From Auanema rhodensis (lineage: Eukaryota > Animalia > Nematoda), in NCBI GenBank assembly GCA_964057225.1, contig OZ059894.1, forward strand, positions 12,896,001 through 12,960,000: a stretch of 64,000 bases of DNA, in the 5' to 3' direction. This document shows positions 38,405-50,700 of the stretch, one piece after another; positions within the stretch are counted from its first letter, which is position 1, and each line of letters begins with the position of its first letter. The position numbers and the translations under genes are program-made. Below the pieces are notes generated by a model. It was not told the DNA's origin, did not search any database, and saw nothing but the letters and a program-made list of their open reading frames with translations.

Positions 38405-38680
38405 ATGAGTCATGTCTTATCCTGTGCGGCATCTCCCAGATTTTGCAGGATGCGCGAGTGGGCGAATGAGTCATGAGCCATTTAGACCTCGATTGCAACT
38501 TACAAGATTATTGATTAAGCTAAACGAATTCTTAAGATTAAAATAGACTATAGGCAATAAGAGAACAAGATTAACATAAAAGGTTAAGATGGATAGATGT
38601 GTTTAAGAGACAATAATGAAGGAACATCTGGTGAGTAATCGGATAAACTTGCATGTGTGTGTGCGGCACGTATGAGTCAT
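38405..38680. promoter_or_regulatory. Three AP-1/GCN4-type bZIP sites (ATGAGTCAT) in U3
   Basis: Sites at 38405-38413, 38466-38474 and 38672-38680 (3' LTR: 29297, 29358, 29564). Confidence 0.6.
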
Positions 38681-38755
38681 AGGTGAATAAAATAGTGGGA
38701 ATAAAGTGCATCGTTGTCCAAAAAGAGTATGGGAAAGATGGAGTGCGTTCGCACA

Positions 38756-38760
38756 AAATG
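38756..38760. other. Target-site duplication AAATG (right copy)
   Basis: Lies immediately after the LTR end ...TTCGCACA. Confidence 0.95.
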
Positions 38761-41700
38761 AATTGGAAAATTATAAAATATTTTCATGTTTTATTTCTTG
38801 AGTTTCAAAATATTCAAACTTTTTTTTTTCACTGTTTAAAATCTTAATGAACGAATGAATTGTTTCAAAACTATTGTAAAAATTTGAGATTGTTTCAAAA
38901 TACGTGATTTAATGAAGAAAATAGAGTAAAATGAATTGGAAAATTATAAAATATTTTCATGTTTTATTTTTTTAGTATCAGAAAATTCAAATTAAGATCG
39001 TTTTTAATGTTTCAAATCTTAATGAACGAATGAATTGTTTCAAAACTATTGTAAAAATATGAGATTGTTTCAAAATACGTGATTAAATGAAGAAAATGGA
39101 GTAAAATGAATTGGAAAATTATAAAATATTTTCATTTTTTATTTCTTGAGTATCAAAATATTCAAAATTATATCTTTTTTACTGTTAAAAACATTATTAA
39201 CTGGATGATTTGTTTGGAAATTATTGTAAAAATATGAGATTGTTTCAAAATACGTGATTAAATGAAGAAAATGGAGCAAAATGAATTGGAAAATTATAAA
39301 ATATTTTCATGTTTTATTTCTTGAGTATCAAAATATTTAAACTTTTTTTTTTCACTGTTTAAAATCTTACAGAACGAATGAATTGTTTCAAAACTATTGT
39401 AAAAATTTGAGATTGTTTCAAAATTTGTGATTAAATGAAGAAAATGGAGTAAAATGAATTGGAAAATTATAAAATATTTCCATGTTTTATTTTCTTAGTA
39501 TCAGAAAATTCAAATTAAGATCGTTTTTAATGTTTCAAATCTTAATGAACGAATGAATTGTTTCAAAACTATTGTAAAAATATGAGATTGTTTCAAAATA
39601 CGTGATTAAATGAAGAAAATGGAGTATAATGAATTGGAAAATTATAAAATATTTCCATGTTTTATTTTCTTAGTATCAGAAAATTCAAATTAAGATCGTT
39701 TTTAATGTTTCAAATCTTAATGAACGAATGAATTGTTTCAAAACTATTGTAAAAATATGAGATTAATTCAAAATACGTGATTAAATGAAGAAAATGGAGT
39801 AAAATGAATTGGAAAATTATAAAATATTTTCATGTTTTATTTCTTGAGTTTCAAAATATTCAAACTTTTTTTTTTCACTGTTTAAAATCTTAATGAACGA
39901 ATGAATTGTTTCAAAACTATTGTAAAAATATGAGATTGTTTCAAAATACGTGATTAAATGAAGAAAATGGAGTAAAATGAATTGGAAAATTATAAAATAT
40001 TTTCATGTTTTATTTTTTTAGTATCAGAAAATTCAAATTAAGATCGTTTTTAATGTTTCAAATCTTAATGAACGAATGAATTGTTTCAAAACTATTGTAA
40101 AAATATGAGATTGTTTCAAAATACGTGATTAAATGAAGAAAATGGAGTAAAATGAATTGGAAAATTATAAAATATTTTCATGTTTTATTTCTTGAGTTTC
40201 AAAATATTCAAACTTTTTTTTTTCACTGTTTAAAATCTTAATTAACGAATGAATTGTTTCAAAACTATTGTAAAAATATGAGATTGTTTCAAAATACGTG
40301 ATTAAATGAAGAAAATGGAGTAAAATGAATTGGAAAATTATAAAATATTTCCATGTTTTATTTTTTTAGTATCAGAAAATTCAAATTAAGATCGTTTTTA
40401 ATGTTTCAAATCTCAATGAACGAATGAATTGTTTCAAAACTATTGTAAAAATATGAGATTGTTTCAAAATACGTGATTAAATGAAGAAAATGGAGTATAA
40501 TGAATTGGAAAATTATAAAATATTTCCATGTTTTATTTTCTTAGTATCAGAAAATTCAAATTAAGATCGTTTTTAATGTTTCAAATCTTAATGAACGAAT
40601 GAATTGTTTCAAAACTATTGTAAAAATATGAGATTAATTCAAAATACGTGATTAAATGAAGAAAATGGAGTAAAATGAATTGGAAAATTATAAAATATTT
40701 TCATGTTTTATTTCTTGAGTTTCAAAATATTCAAACTTTTTTTTTTCACTGTTTAAAATCTTAATGAACGAATGAATTGTTTCAAAACTATTGTAAAAAT
40801 ATGAGATTGTTTCAAAATACGTGATTAAATGAAGAAAATGGAGTAAAATGAATTGGAAAATTATAAAATATTTTCATGTTTTATTTTTTTAGTATCAGAA
40901 AATTCAAATTAAGATCGTTTTTAATGTTTCAAATCTTAATGAACGAATGAATTGTTTCAAAACTATTGTAAAAATATGAGATTGTTTCAAAATACGTGAT
41001 TAAATGAAGAAAATGGAGTAAAATGAATTGGAAAATTATAAAATATTTTCATGTTTTATTTCTTGAGTTTCAAAATATTCAAACTTTTTTTTTTCACTGT
41101 TTAAAATCTTAATTAACGAATGAATTGTTTCAAAACTATTGTAAAAATATGAGATTGTTTCAAAATACGTGATTAAATGAAGAAAATGGAGTAAAATGAA
41201 TTGGAAAATTATAAAATATTTCCATGTTTTATTTTTTTAGTATCAGAAAATTCAAATTAAGATCGTTTTTAATGTTTCAAATCTCAATGAACGAATGAAT
41301 TGTTTCAAAACTATTGTAAAAATATGAGATTGTTTCAAAATACGTGATTAAATGAAGAAAATGGAGCAAAATGAATTGGAAAAATATAAAATATTTTCAT
41401 GTTTTATTTCTTGAGTATCAAAATATTTAAACTTTTTTTTTTCACTGTTTAAAATCTTAATGAACGAATGAATTGTTTCAAAACTATTGTAAAAATATGA
41501 GATTGTTTCAAAATACGTGATTAAATGAAGAAAATGGAGTAAAATGAATTGGAAAATTATAAAATATTTTCATGTTTTATTTCTTGAGTTTCAAAATATT
41601 CAAACTTTTTTTTTTCACTGTTTAAAATCTTACAGAACGAATGAATTGTTTCAAAACTATTGTAAAAATTTGAGATTGTTTCAAAATACGTGATTAAATG

Positions 41701-44700
41701 AAGAAAATGGAGTAAAATGAATTGGAAAATTATAAAATATTTCCATGTTTTATTTTCTTAGTATCAGAAAATTCGAATTAAGATCGTTTTCAATGTTTCA
41801 AATCTTAATGAACGAATTAATTGTTTCAAAACTATTGTAAAAATATGAGATTGTTTCAAAATACGTGATTAAATGAAGAAAATGGAGTAAAATGAATTGG
41901 AAAATTATAAAATATTTCCATGTTTTATTTTTTTAGTATCAGAAAATTCAAATTAAGATCGTTTTTAATGTTTCAAATCTCAATGAACGAATGAATTGTT
42001 TCAAAACTATTGTAAAAATATGAGATTGTTTCAAAATACGTGATTAAATGAAGAAAATGGAGTAAAATGAATTGGAAAATTATAAAATATTTTCATGTTT
42101 TATTTCTTGAGTTTCAAAATATTCAAACTTTTTTTTTTCACTGTTTAAAATCTTAATGAACGAATGAATTGTTTCAAAACTATTGTAAAAATATGAGATT
42201 GTTTCAAAATACGTGATTAAATGAAGAAAATGGAGTAAAATGAATTGGAAAATTATAAAATATTTCCATGTTTTATTTTCTTAGTATCAGAAAATTCAAA
42301 TTAAGATCGTTTTCAATGTTTCAAATCTTAATGAACGAATTAATCGTTTCAAAACTATTGTAAAAATATGAGATTGTTTCAAAATACGTGATTAAATGAA
42401 GAAAATAGAGTAAAATGAATTGGAATATTATAAAATATTTTCATGTTTTATTTCTTGAGTATCAAAAAATTCAAACTTTTTTTTTTCACTGTTTAAAATC
42501 TTAATGAACGAATGAATTGTTTCAAAACTATTGTAAAAATATGAGATTGTTTCAAAATACGTGATTAAATGAAGGAAATGGAGTAAAATGAATTGGAAAA
42601 TTATAAAATATTTTCATGTTTTATTTCTTGAGTTTCAAAATATTCAAACTTTTTTTTTTCACTGTTTAAAATCTTAATGAACGAATGAATTGTTTCAAAA
42701 CAATTGTAAAAATTTGAGATTGTTTCAAAATACGTGATTAAATGAAGAAAATGGAGTAAAATGAATTGGAAAATTATAAAATATTTCCATGTTTTATTTT
42801 TTTAGTATCAGAAAATTCAAATTAAGATCGTTTTTAATGTTTCAAATCTCAATGAACGAATGAATTGTTTCAAAACTATTGTAAAAATATGAGATTGTTT
42901 CAAAATACGTGATTAAATGAAGAAAATGGAGTAAAATGAATTGGAAAATTATAAAATATTTTCATTTTTTATTTCTTGAGTATCAAAATATTCAAAATTA
43001 TATCTTTTTTACTGTTAAAAACATTATTAACTGGATGATTTGTTTGGAAATTATTGTAAAAATATGAGATTGTTTCAAAATACGTGATTAAATGAAGAAA
43101 ATGGAGTAAAATGAATTGGAAAATTATAAAATATTTTCATGTTTTATTTCTTGAGTTTCAAAATATTCAAACTTTTTTTTTTCACTGTTTAAAATCTTAA
43201 TTAACGAATGAATTGTTTCAAAACTATTGTAAAAATATGAGATTGTTTCAAAATACGTGATTAAATGAAGAAAATGGAGTAAAATGAATTGGAAAATTAT
43301 AAAATATTTCCATGTTTTATTTTTTTAGTATCAGAAAATTCAAATTAAGATCGTTTTTAATGTTTCAAATCTCAATGAACGAATGAATTGTTTCAAAACT
43401 ATTGTAAAAATATGAGATTGTTTCAAAATACGTGATTAAATGAAGAAAATGGAGCAAAATGAATTGGAAAAATATAAAATATTTTCATGTTTTATTTCTT
43501 GAGTATCAAAATATTTAAACTTTTTTTTTTCACTGTTTAAAATCTTAATGAACGAATGAATTGTTTCAAAACTATTGTAAAAATATGAGATTGTTTCAAA
43601 ATACGTGATTAAATGAAGAAAATGGAGTAAAATGAATTGGAAAATTATAAAATATTTTCATGTTTTATTTCTTGAGTTTCAAAATATTCAAACTTTTTTT
43701 TTTCACTGTTTAAAATCTTACAGAACGAATGAATTGTTTCAAAACTATTGTAAAAATTTGAGATTGTTTCAAAATACGTGATTAAATGAAGAAAATGGAG
43801 TAAAATGAATTGGAAAATTATAAAATATTTCCATGTTTTATTTTCTTAGTATCAGAAAATTCGAATTAAGATCGTTTTCAATGTTTCAAATCTTAATGAA
43901 CGAATTAATTGTTTCAAAACTATTGTAAAAATATGAGATTGTTTCAAAATACGTGATTAAATGAAGAAAATGGAGTAAAATGAATTGGAAAATTATAAAA
44001 TATTTCCATGTTTTATTTTTTTAGTATCAGAAAATTCAAATTAAGATCGTTTTTAATGTTTCAAATCTCAATGAACGAATGAATTGTTTCAAAACTATTG
44101 TAAAAATATGAGATTGTTTCAAAATACGTGATTAAATGAAGAAAATGGAGTAAAATGAATTGGAAAATTATAAAATATTTTCATGTTTTATTTCTTGAGT
44201 TTCAAAATATTCAAACTTTTTTTTTTCACTGTTTAAAATCTTAATGAACGAATGAATTGTTTCAAAACTATTGTAAAAATATGAGATTGTTTCAAAATAC
44301 GTGATTAAATGAAGAAAATGGAGTAAAATGAATTGGAAAATTATAAAATATTTCCATGTTTTATTTTCTTAGTATCAGAAAATTCAAATTAAGATCGTTT
44401 TCAATGTTTCAAATCTTAATGAACGAATTAATCGTTTCAAAACTATTGTAAAAATATGAGATTGTTTCAAAATACGTGATTAAATGAAGAAAATAGAGTA
44501 AAATGAATTGGAATATTATAAAATATTTTCATGTTTTATTTCTTGAGTATCAAAAAATTCAAACTTTTTTTTTTCACTGTTTAAAATCTTAATGAACGAA
44601 TGAATTGTTTCAAAACTATTGTAAAAATATGAGATTGTTTCAAAATACGTGATTAAATGAAGGAAATGGAGTAAAATGAATTGGAAAATTATAAAATATT

Positions 44701-47700
44701 TTCATGTTTTATTTCTTGAGTTTCAAAATATTCAAACTTTTTTTTTTCACTGTTTAAAATCTTAATGAACGAATGAATTGTTTCAAAACAATTGTAAAAA
44801 TTTGAGATTGTTTCAAAATACGTGATTAAATGAAGAAAATGGAGTAAAATGAATTGGAAAATTATAAAATATTTCCATGTTTTATTTTTTTAGTATCAGA
44901 AAATTCAAATTAAGATCGTTTTTAATGTTTCAAATCTCAATGAACGAATGAATTGTTTCAAAACTATTGTAAAAATATGAGATTGTTTCAAAATACGTGA
45001 TTAAATGAAGAAAATGGAGTAAAATGAATTGGAAAATTATAAAATATTTTCATGTTTTATTTCTTGAGTTTCAAAATATTCAAACTTTTTTTTTTCACTG
45101 TTTAAAATCTTAATGAACGAATGAATTGTTTCAAAACTATTGTAAAAATTTGAGATTGTTTCAAAATACGTGATTTAATGAAGAAAATAGAGTAAAATGA
45201 ATTGGAAAATTATAAAATATTTTCATGTTTTATTTTTTTAGTATCAGAAAATTCAAATTAAGATCGTTTTTAATGTTTCAAATCTTAATGAACGAATGAA
45301 TTGTTTCAAAACTATTGTAAAAATATGAGATTGTTTCAAAATACGTGATTAAATGAAGAAAATGGAGTAAAATGAATTGGAAAATTATAAAATATTTTCA
45401 TTTTTTATTTCTTGAGTATCAAAATATTCAAAATTATATCTTTTTTACTGTTAAAAACATTATTAACTGGATGATTTGTTTGGAAATTATTGTAAAAATA
45501 TGAGATTGTTTCAAAATACGTGATTAAATGAAGAAAATGGAGCAAAATGAATTGGAAAATTATAAAATATTTTCATGTTTTATTTCTTGAGTATCAAAAT
45601 ATTTAAACTTTTTTTTTTCACTGTTTAAAATCTTAATGAACGAATGAATTGTTTCAAAACTATTGTAAAAATATGAGATTGTTTCAAAATACGTGATTAA
45701 ATGAAGGAAATGGAGTAAAATGAATTGGAAAATTATAAAATATTTTCATGTTTTATTTTCTTAGTATCAGAAAATTCAAATTAAGATCGTTTTTAATGTT
45801 TCAAATCTTAATGAACGAATGAATTGTTTCAAAACTATTGTAAAAATATGAGATTGTTTCAAAATACGTGATTAAATGAAGAAAATGGAGTAAAATGAAT
45901 TGGAAAATTATAAAATATTTTCATGTTTTATTTCTTGAGTATCAAAATATTTAAACTTTTTTTTTTCACTGTTTAAAATCTTACAGAACGAATGAATTGT
46001 TTCAAAACTATTGTAAAAATATGAGATTGTTTCAAAATACGTGATCAAATGAAGAAAATGGAGTAAAATGAATTGGAAAATTATAAAATATTTTCATGTT
46101 TTATTTCTTGAGTATCAAAATATTTAAACTTTTTTTTTTCACTGTTTGAAATCTTACAGAACGAATGAATTGTTTCAAAACTATTGTAAAAATTTGAGAT
46201 TGTTTCAAAATTTGTGATTAAATGAAGAAAATGGAGTAAAATGAATTGGAAAATTATAAAATATTTCCATGTTTTATTTTCTTAGTATCAGAAAATTCAA
46301 ATTAAGATCGTTTTTAATGTTTCAAATCTTAATGAACGAATGAATTGTTTCAAAACTATTGTAAAAATATGAGATTGTTTCAAAATTCGTGATTAAATGA
46401 AGAAAATGGAGTAAAATGAATTGGAAAATTATAAAATATTTCCATGTTTTATTTTCTTAGTATCAGAAAATTCAAATTAAGATCGTTTTTAATGTTTCAA
46501 ATCTTAATGAACGAATGAATTGTTTCAAAACTATTGTAAAAATATGAGATTAATTCAAAATACGTGATTAAATGAAGAAAATGGAGTAAAATGAATTGGA
46601 AAATTATAAAATATTTTCATGTTTTATTTCTTGAGTTTCAAAATATTGAAACTTTTTTTTTTCACTGTTTAAAATCTTAATGAACGAATGAATTGTTTCA
46701 AAACTATTGTAAAAATATGAGATTGTTTCAAAATACGTGATTAAATGAAGAAAATGGAGTAAAATGAATTGGAAAATTATAAAATATTTTCATGTTTTAT
46801 TTCTTGAGTTTCAAAATATTCAAACTTTTTTTTTTCACTGTTTAAAATCTTAATTAACGAATGAATTGTTTCAAAACTATTGTAAAAATATGAGATTGTT
46901 TCAAAATACGTGATTAAATGAAGAAAATGGAGTAAAATGAATTGGAAAATTATAAAATATTTCCATGTTTTATTTTTTTAGTATCAGAAAATTCAAATTA
47001 AGATCGTTTTTAATGTTTCAAATCTCAATGAACGAATGAATTGTTTCAAAACTATTGTAAAAATATGAGATTGTTTCAAAATACGTGATTAAATGAAGAA
47101 AATGGAGCAAAATGAATTGGAAAATTATAAAATATTTTCATGTTTTATTTCTTGAGTATCAAAATATTTAACCTTTTTTTTTTCACTGTTTAAAATCTTA
47201 ATGAACGAATGAATTGTTTAATAACTATTGTAAAAATATGAGATTGTTTCAAAATACGTGATTAAATGAAGAAAATGGAGTAAAATGAATTGGAAAATTA
47301 TAAAATATTTTCATGTTTTATTTCTTGAGTTTCAAAATATTCAAACTTTTTTTTTTCACTGTTTAAAATCTTACAGAACGAATGAATTGTTTCAAAACTA
47401 TTGTAAAAATTTGAGATTGTTTCAAAATACGTGATTAAATGAAGAAAATGGAGTAAAATGAATTGGAAAATTATAAAATATTTCCATGTTTTATTTTCTT
47501 AGTATCAGAAAATTCGAATTAAGATCGTTTTCAATGTTTCAAATCTTAATGAACGAATTAATTGTTTCAAAACTATTGTAAAAATATGAGATTGTTTCAA
47601 AATACGTGATTAAATGAAGAAAATGGAGTAAAATGAATTGGAAAATTATAAAATATTTCCATGTTTTATTTTTTTAGTATCAGAAAATTCAAATTAAGAT

Positions 47701-50700
47701 CGTTTTTAATGTTTCAAATCTCAATGAACGAATGAATTGTTTCAAAACTATTGTAAAAATATAAGATTGTTTCAGAATACGTGATTAAATGAAGAAAATG
47801 GAGTAAAATGAATTGGAAAATTATAAAATATTTTCATGTTTTATTTCTTGAGTTTCAAAATATTCAAACTTTTTTTTTTCACTGTTTAAAATCTTAATGA
47901 ACGAATGAATTGTTTCAAAACTATTGTAAAAATATGAGATTGTTTCAAAATACGTGATTAAATGAAGAAAATGGAGTAAAATGAATTGGAAAATTATAAA
48001 ATATTTCCATGTTTTATTTTCTTAGTATCAGAAAATTCAAATTAAGATCGTTTTCAATGTTTCAAATCTTAATGAACGAATTAATTGTTTCAAAACTATC
48101 GTAAAAATATGAGATTGTTTCAAAATACGTGATTAAATGAAGAAAATGGAGTAAAATGAATTGGAAAATTATAAAATATTTCCATGTTTTATTTTTTTAG
48201 TATCAGAAAATTCAAATTAAGATCGTTTTTAATGTTTCAAATCTCAATGAACGAATGAATTGTTTCAAAACTATTGTAAAAATATAAGATTGTTTCAAAA
48301 TACGTGATTAAATGAAGAAAATGGAGTAAAATGAATTGGAAAATTATAAAATATTTTCATGTTTTATTTCTTGAGTTTCAAAATATTCAAACTTTTTTTT
48401 TTCACTGTTTAAAATCTTAATGAACGAATGAATTGTTTCAAAACTATTGTAAAAATATGAGATTGTTTCAAAATACGTGATTAAATGAAGAAAATGGAGT
48501 AAAATGAATTGGAAAATTATAAAATATTTCCATGTTTTATTTTCTTAGTATCAGAAAATTCAAATTAAGATCGTTTTCAATGTTTCAAATCTTAATGAAC
48601 GAATTAATCGTTTCAAAACTATTGTAAAAATATGAGATTGTTTCAAAATACGTGATTAAATGAAGAAAATAGAGTAAAATGAATTGGAATATTATAAAAT
48701 ATTTTCATGTTTTATTTCTTGAGTATCAAAATATTCAAACTTTTTTTTTTCACTGTTTAAAATCTTAATGAACGAATGAATTGTTTCAAAACTATTGTAA
48801 AAATATGAGATTGTTTCAAAATACGTGATTAAATGAAGAAAATGGAGTAAAATGAATTGGAAAATTATAAAATATTTTCATGTTTTATTTTTTTAGTATC
48901 AGAAAATTCAAATTAAGATCGTTTTTAATGTTTCAAATCTCAATGAACGAATGAATTGTTTCAAAACTATTGTAAAAATATAAGATTGTTTCAAAATACG
49001 TGATTAAATGAAGAAAATGGAGTAAAATGAATTGGAAAATTATAAAATATTTTCATGTTTTATTTCTTGAGTTTCAAAATATTCAAACTTTTTTTTTTCA
49101 CTGTTTAAAATCTTAATGAACGAATGAATTGTTTCAAAACTATTGTAAAAATATGAGATTGTTTCAAAATACGTGATTAAATGAAGAAAATGGAGTAAAA
49201 TGAATTGGAAAATTATAAAATATTTCCATGTTTTATTTTCTTAGTATCAGAAAATTCAAATTAAGATCGTTTTCAATGTTTCAAATCTTAATGAACGAAT
49301 TAATCGTTTCAAAACTATTGTAAAAATATGAGATTGTTTCAAAATACGTGATTAAATGAAGAAAATAGAGTAAAATGAATTGGAATATTATAAAATATTT
49401 TCATGTTTTATTTCTTGAGTATCAAAATATTCAAACTTTTTTTTTTCACTGTTTAAAATCTTAATGAACGAATGAATTGTTTCAAAACTATTGTAAAAAT
49501 ATGAGATTGTTTCAAAATACGTGATTAAATGAAGAAAATGGAGTAAAATGAATTGGAAAATTATAAAATATTTCCATGTTTTATTTTTTTAGTATCAGAA
49601 AATTCAAATTAAGATCGTTTTTAATGTTTCAAATCTCAATGAACGAATGAATTGTTTCAAAACTATTGTAAAAATATGAGATTGTTTCAAAATACGTGAT
49701 TAAATGAAGAAAATGGAGTAAAATGAATTGGAAAATTATAAAATATTTTCATGTTTTATTTCTTGAGTTTCAAAATATTCAAACTTTTTTTTTTCACTGT
49801 TTAAAATCTTAATGAACGAATGAATTGTTTCAAAACTATTGTAAAAATATGAGATTGTTTCAAAATACGTGATTAAATGAAGAAAATGGAGTAAAATGAA
49901 TTGGAAAATTATAAAATATTTCCATGTTTTATTTTCTTAGTATCAGAAAATTCAAATTAAGATCGTTTTCAATGTTTCAAATCTTAATGAACGAATTAAT
50001 CGTTTCAAAACTATTGTAAAAATATGAGATTGTTTCAAAATACGTGATTAAATGAAGAAAATAGAGTAAAATGAATTGGAATATTATAAAATATTTTCAT
50101 GTTTTATTTCTTGAGTATCAAAATATTCAAACTTTTTTTTTTCACTGTTTAAAATCTTAATGAACGAATGAATTGTTTCAAAACTATTGTAAAAATATGA
50201 GATTGTTTCAAAATACGTGATTAAATGAAGGAAATGGAGTAAAATGAATTGGAAAATTATAAAATATTTTCATGTTTTATTTCTTGAGTTTCAAAATATT
50301 CAAACTTTTTTTTTTCACTGTTTAAAATCTTAATGAACGAATGAATTGTTTCAAAACTATTGTAAAAATTTGAGATTGTTTCAAAATACGTGATTAAATG
50401 AAGAAAATGGAGTAAAATGAATTGGAAAATTATAAAATATTTCCATGTTTTATTTTTTTAGTATCAGAAAATTCAAATTAAGATCGTTTTTAATGTTTCA
50501 AATCTCAATGAACGAATGAATTGTTTCAAAACTATTGTAAAAATATGAGATTGTTTCAAAATACGTGATTAAATGAAGAAAATGGAGTAAAATGAATTGG
50601 AAAATTATAAAATATTTTCATGTTTTATTTCTTGAGTTTCAAAATATTCAAACTTTTTTTTTTCACTGTTTAAAATCTTAATGAACGAATGAATTGTTTC

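Larger units (their letters stand above)
28789..38755 (-). mobile_element. Full-length BEL/Pao (Belpaoviridae, Semotivirus-like) LTR retrotransposon / endogenous virus with env
   Basis: Two direct 859-bp LTRs (offset 9108) with TG...CA ends, a 5-bp TSD, PBS and PPT. Single ORF with PR-RT-RH-IN order, triple Cys-His Gag knuckles and a YVDN RT motif. Confidence 0.98.
37897..38755 (-). repeat. 5' LTR (859 bp)
   Basis: Minus strand reads TGTGCGAACG...CAGTCAAAACA and is followed directly by the TGG of the PBS. Confidence 0.97.
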
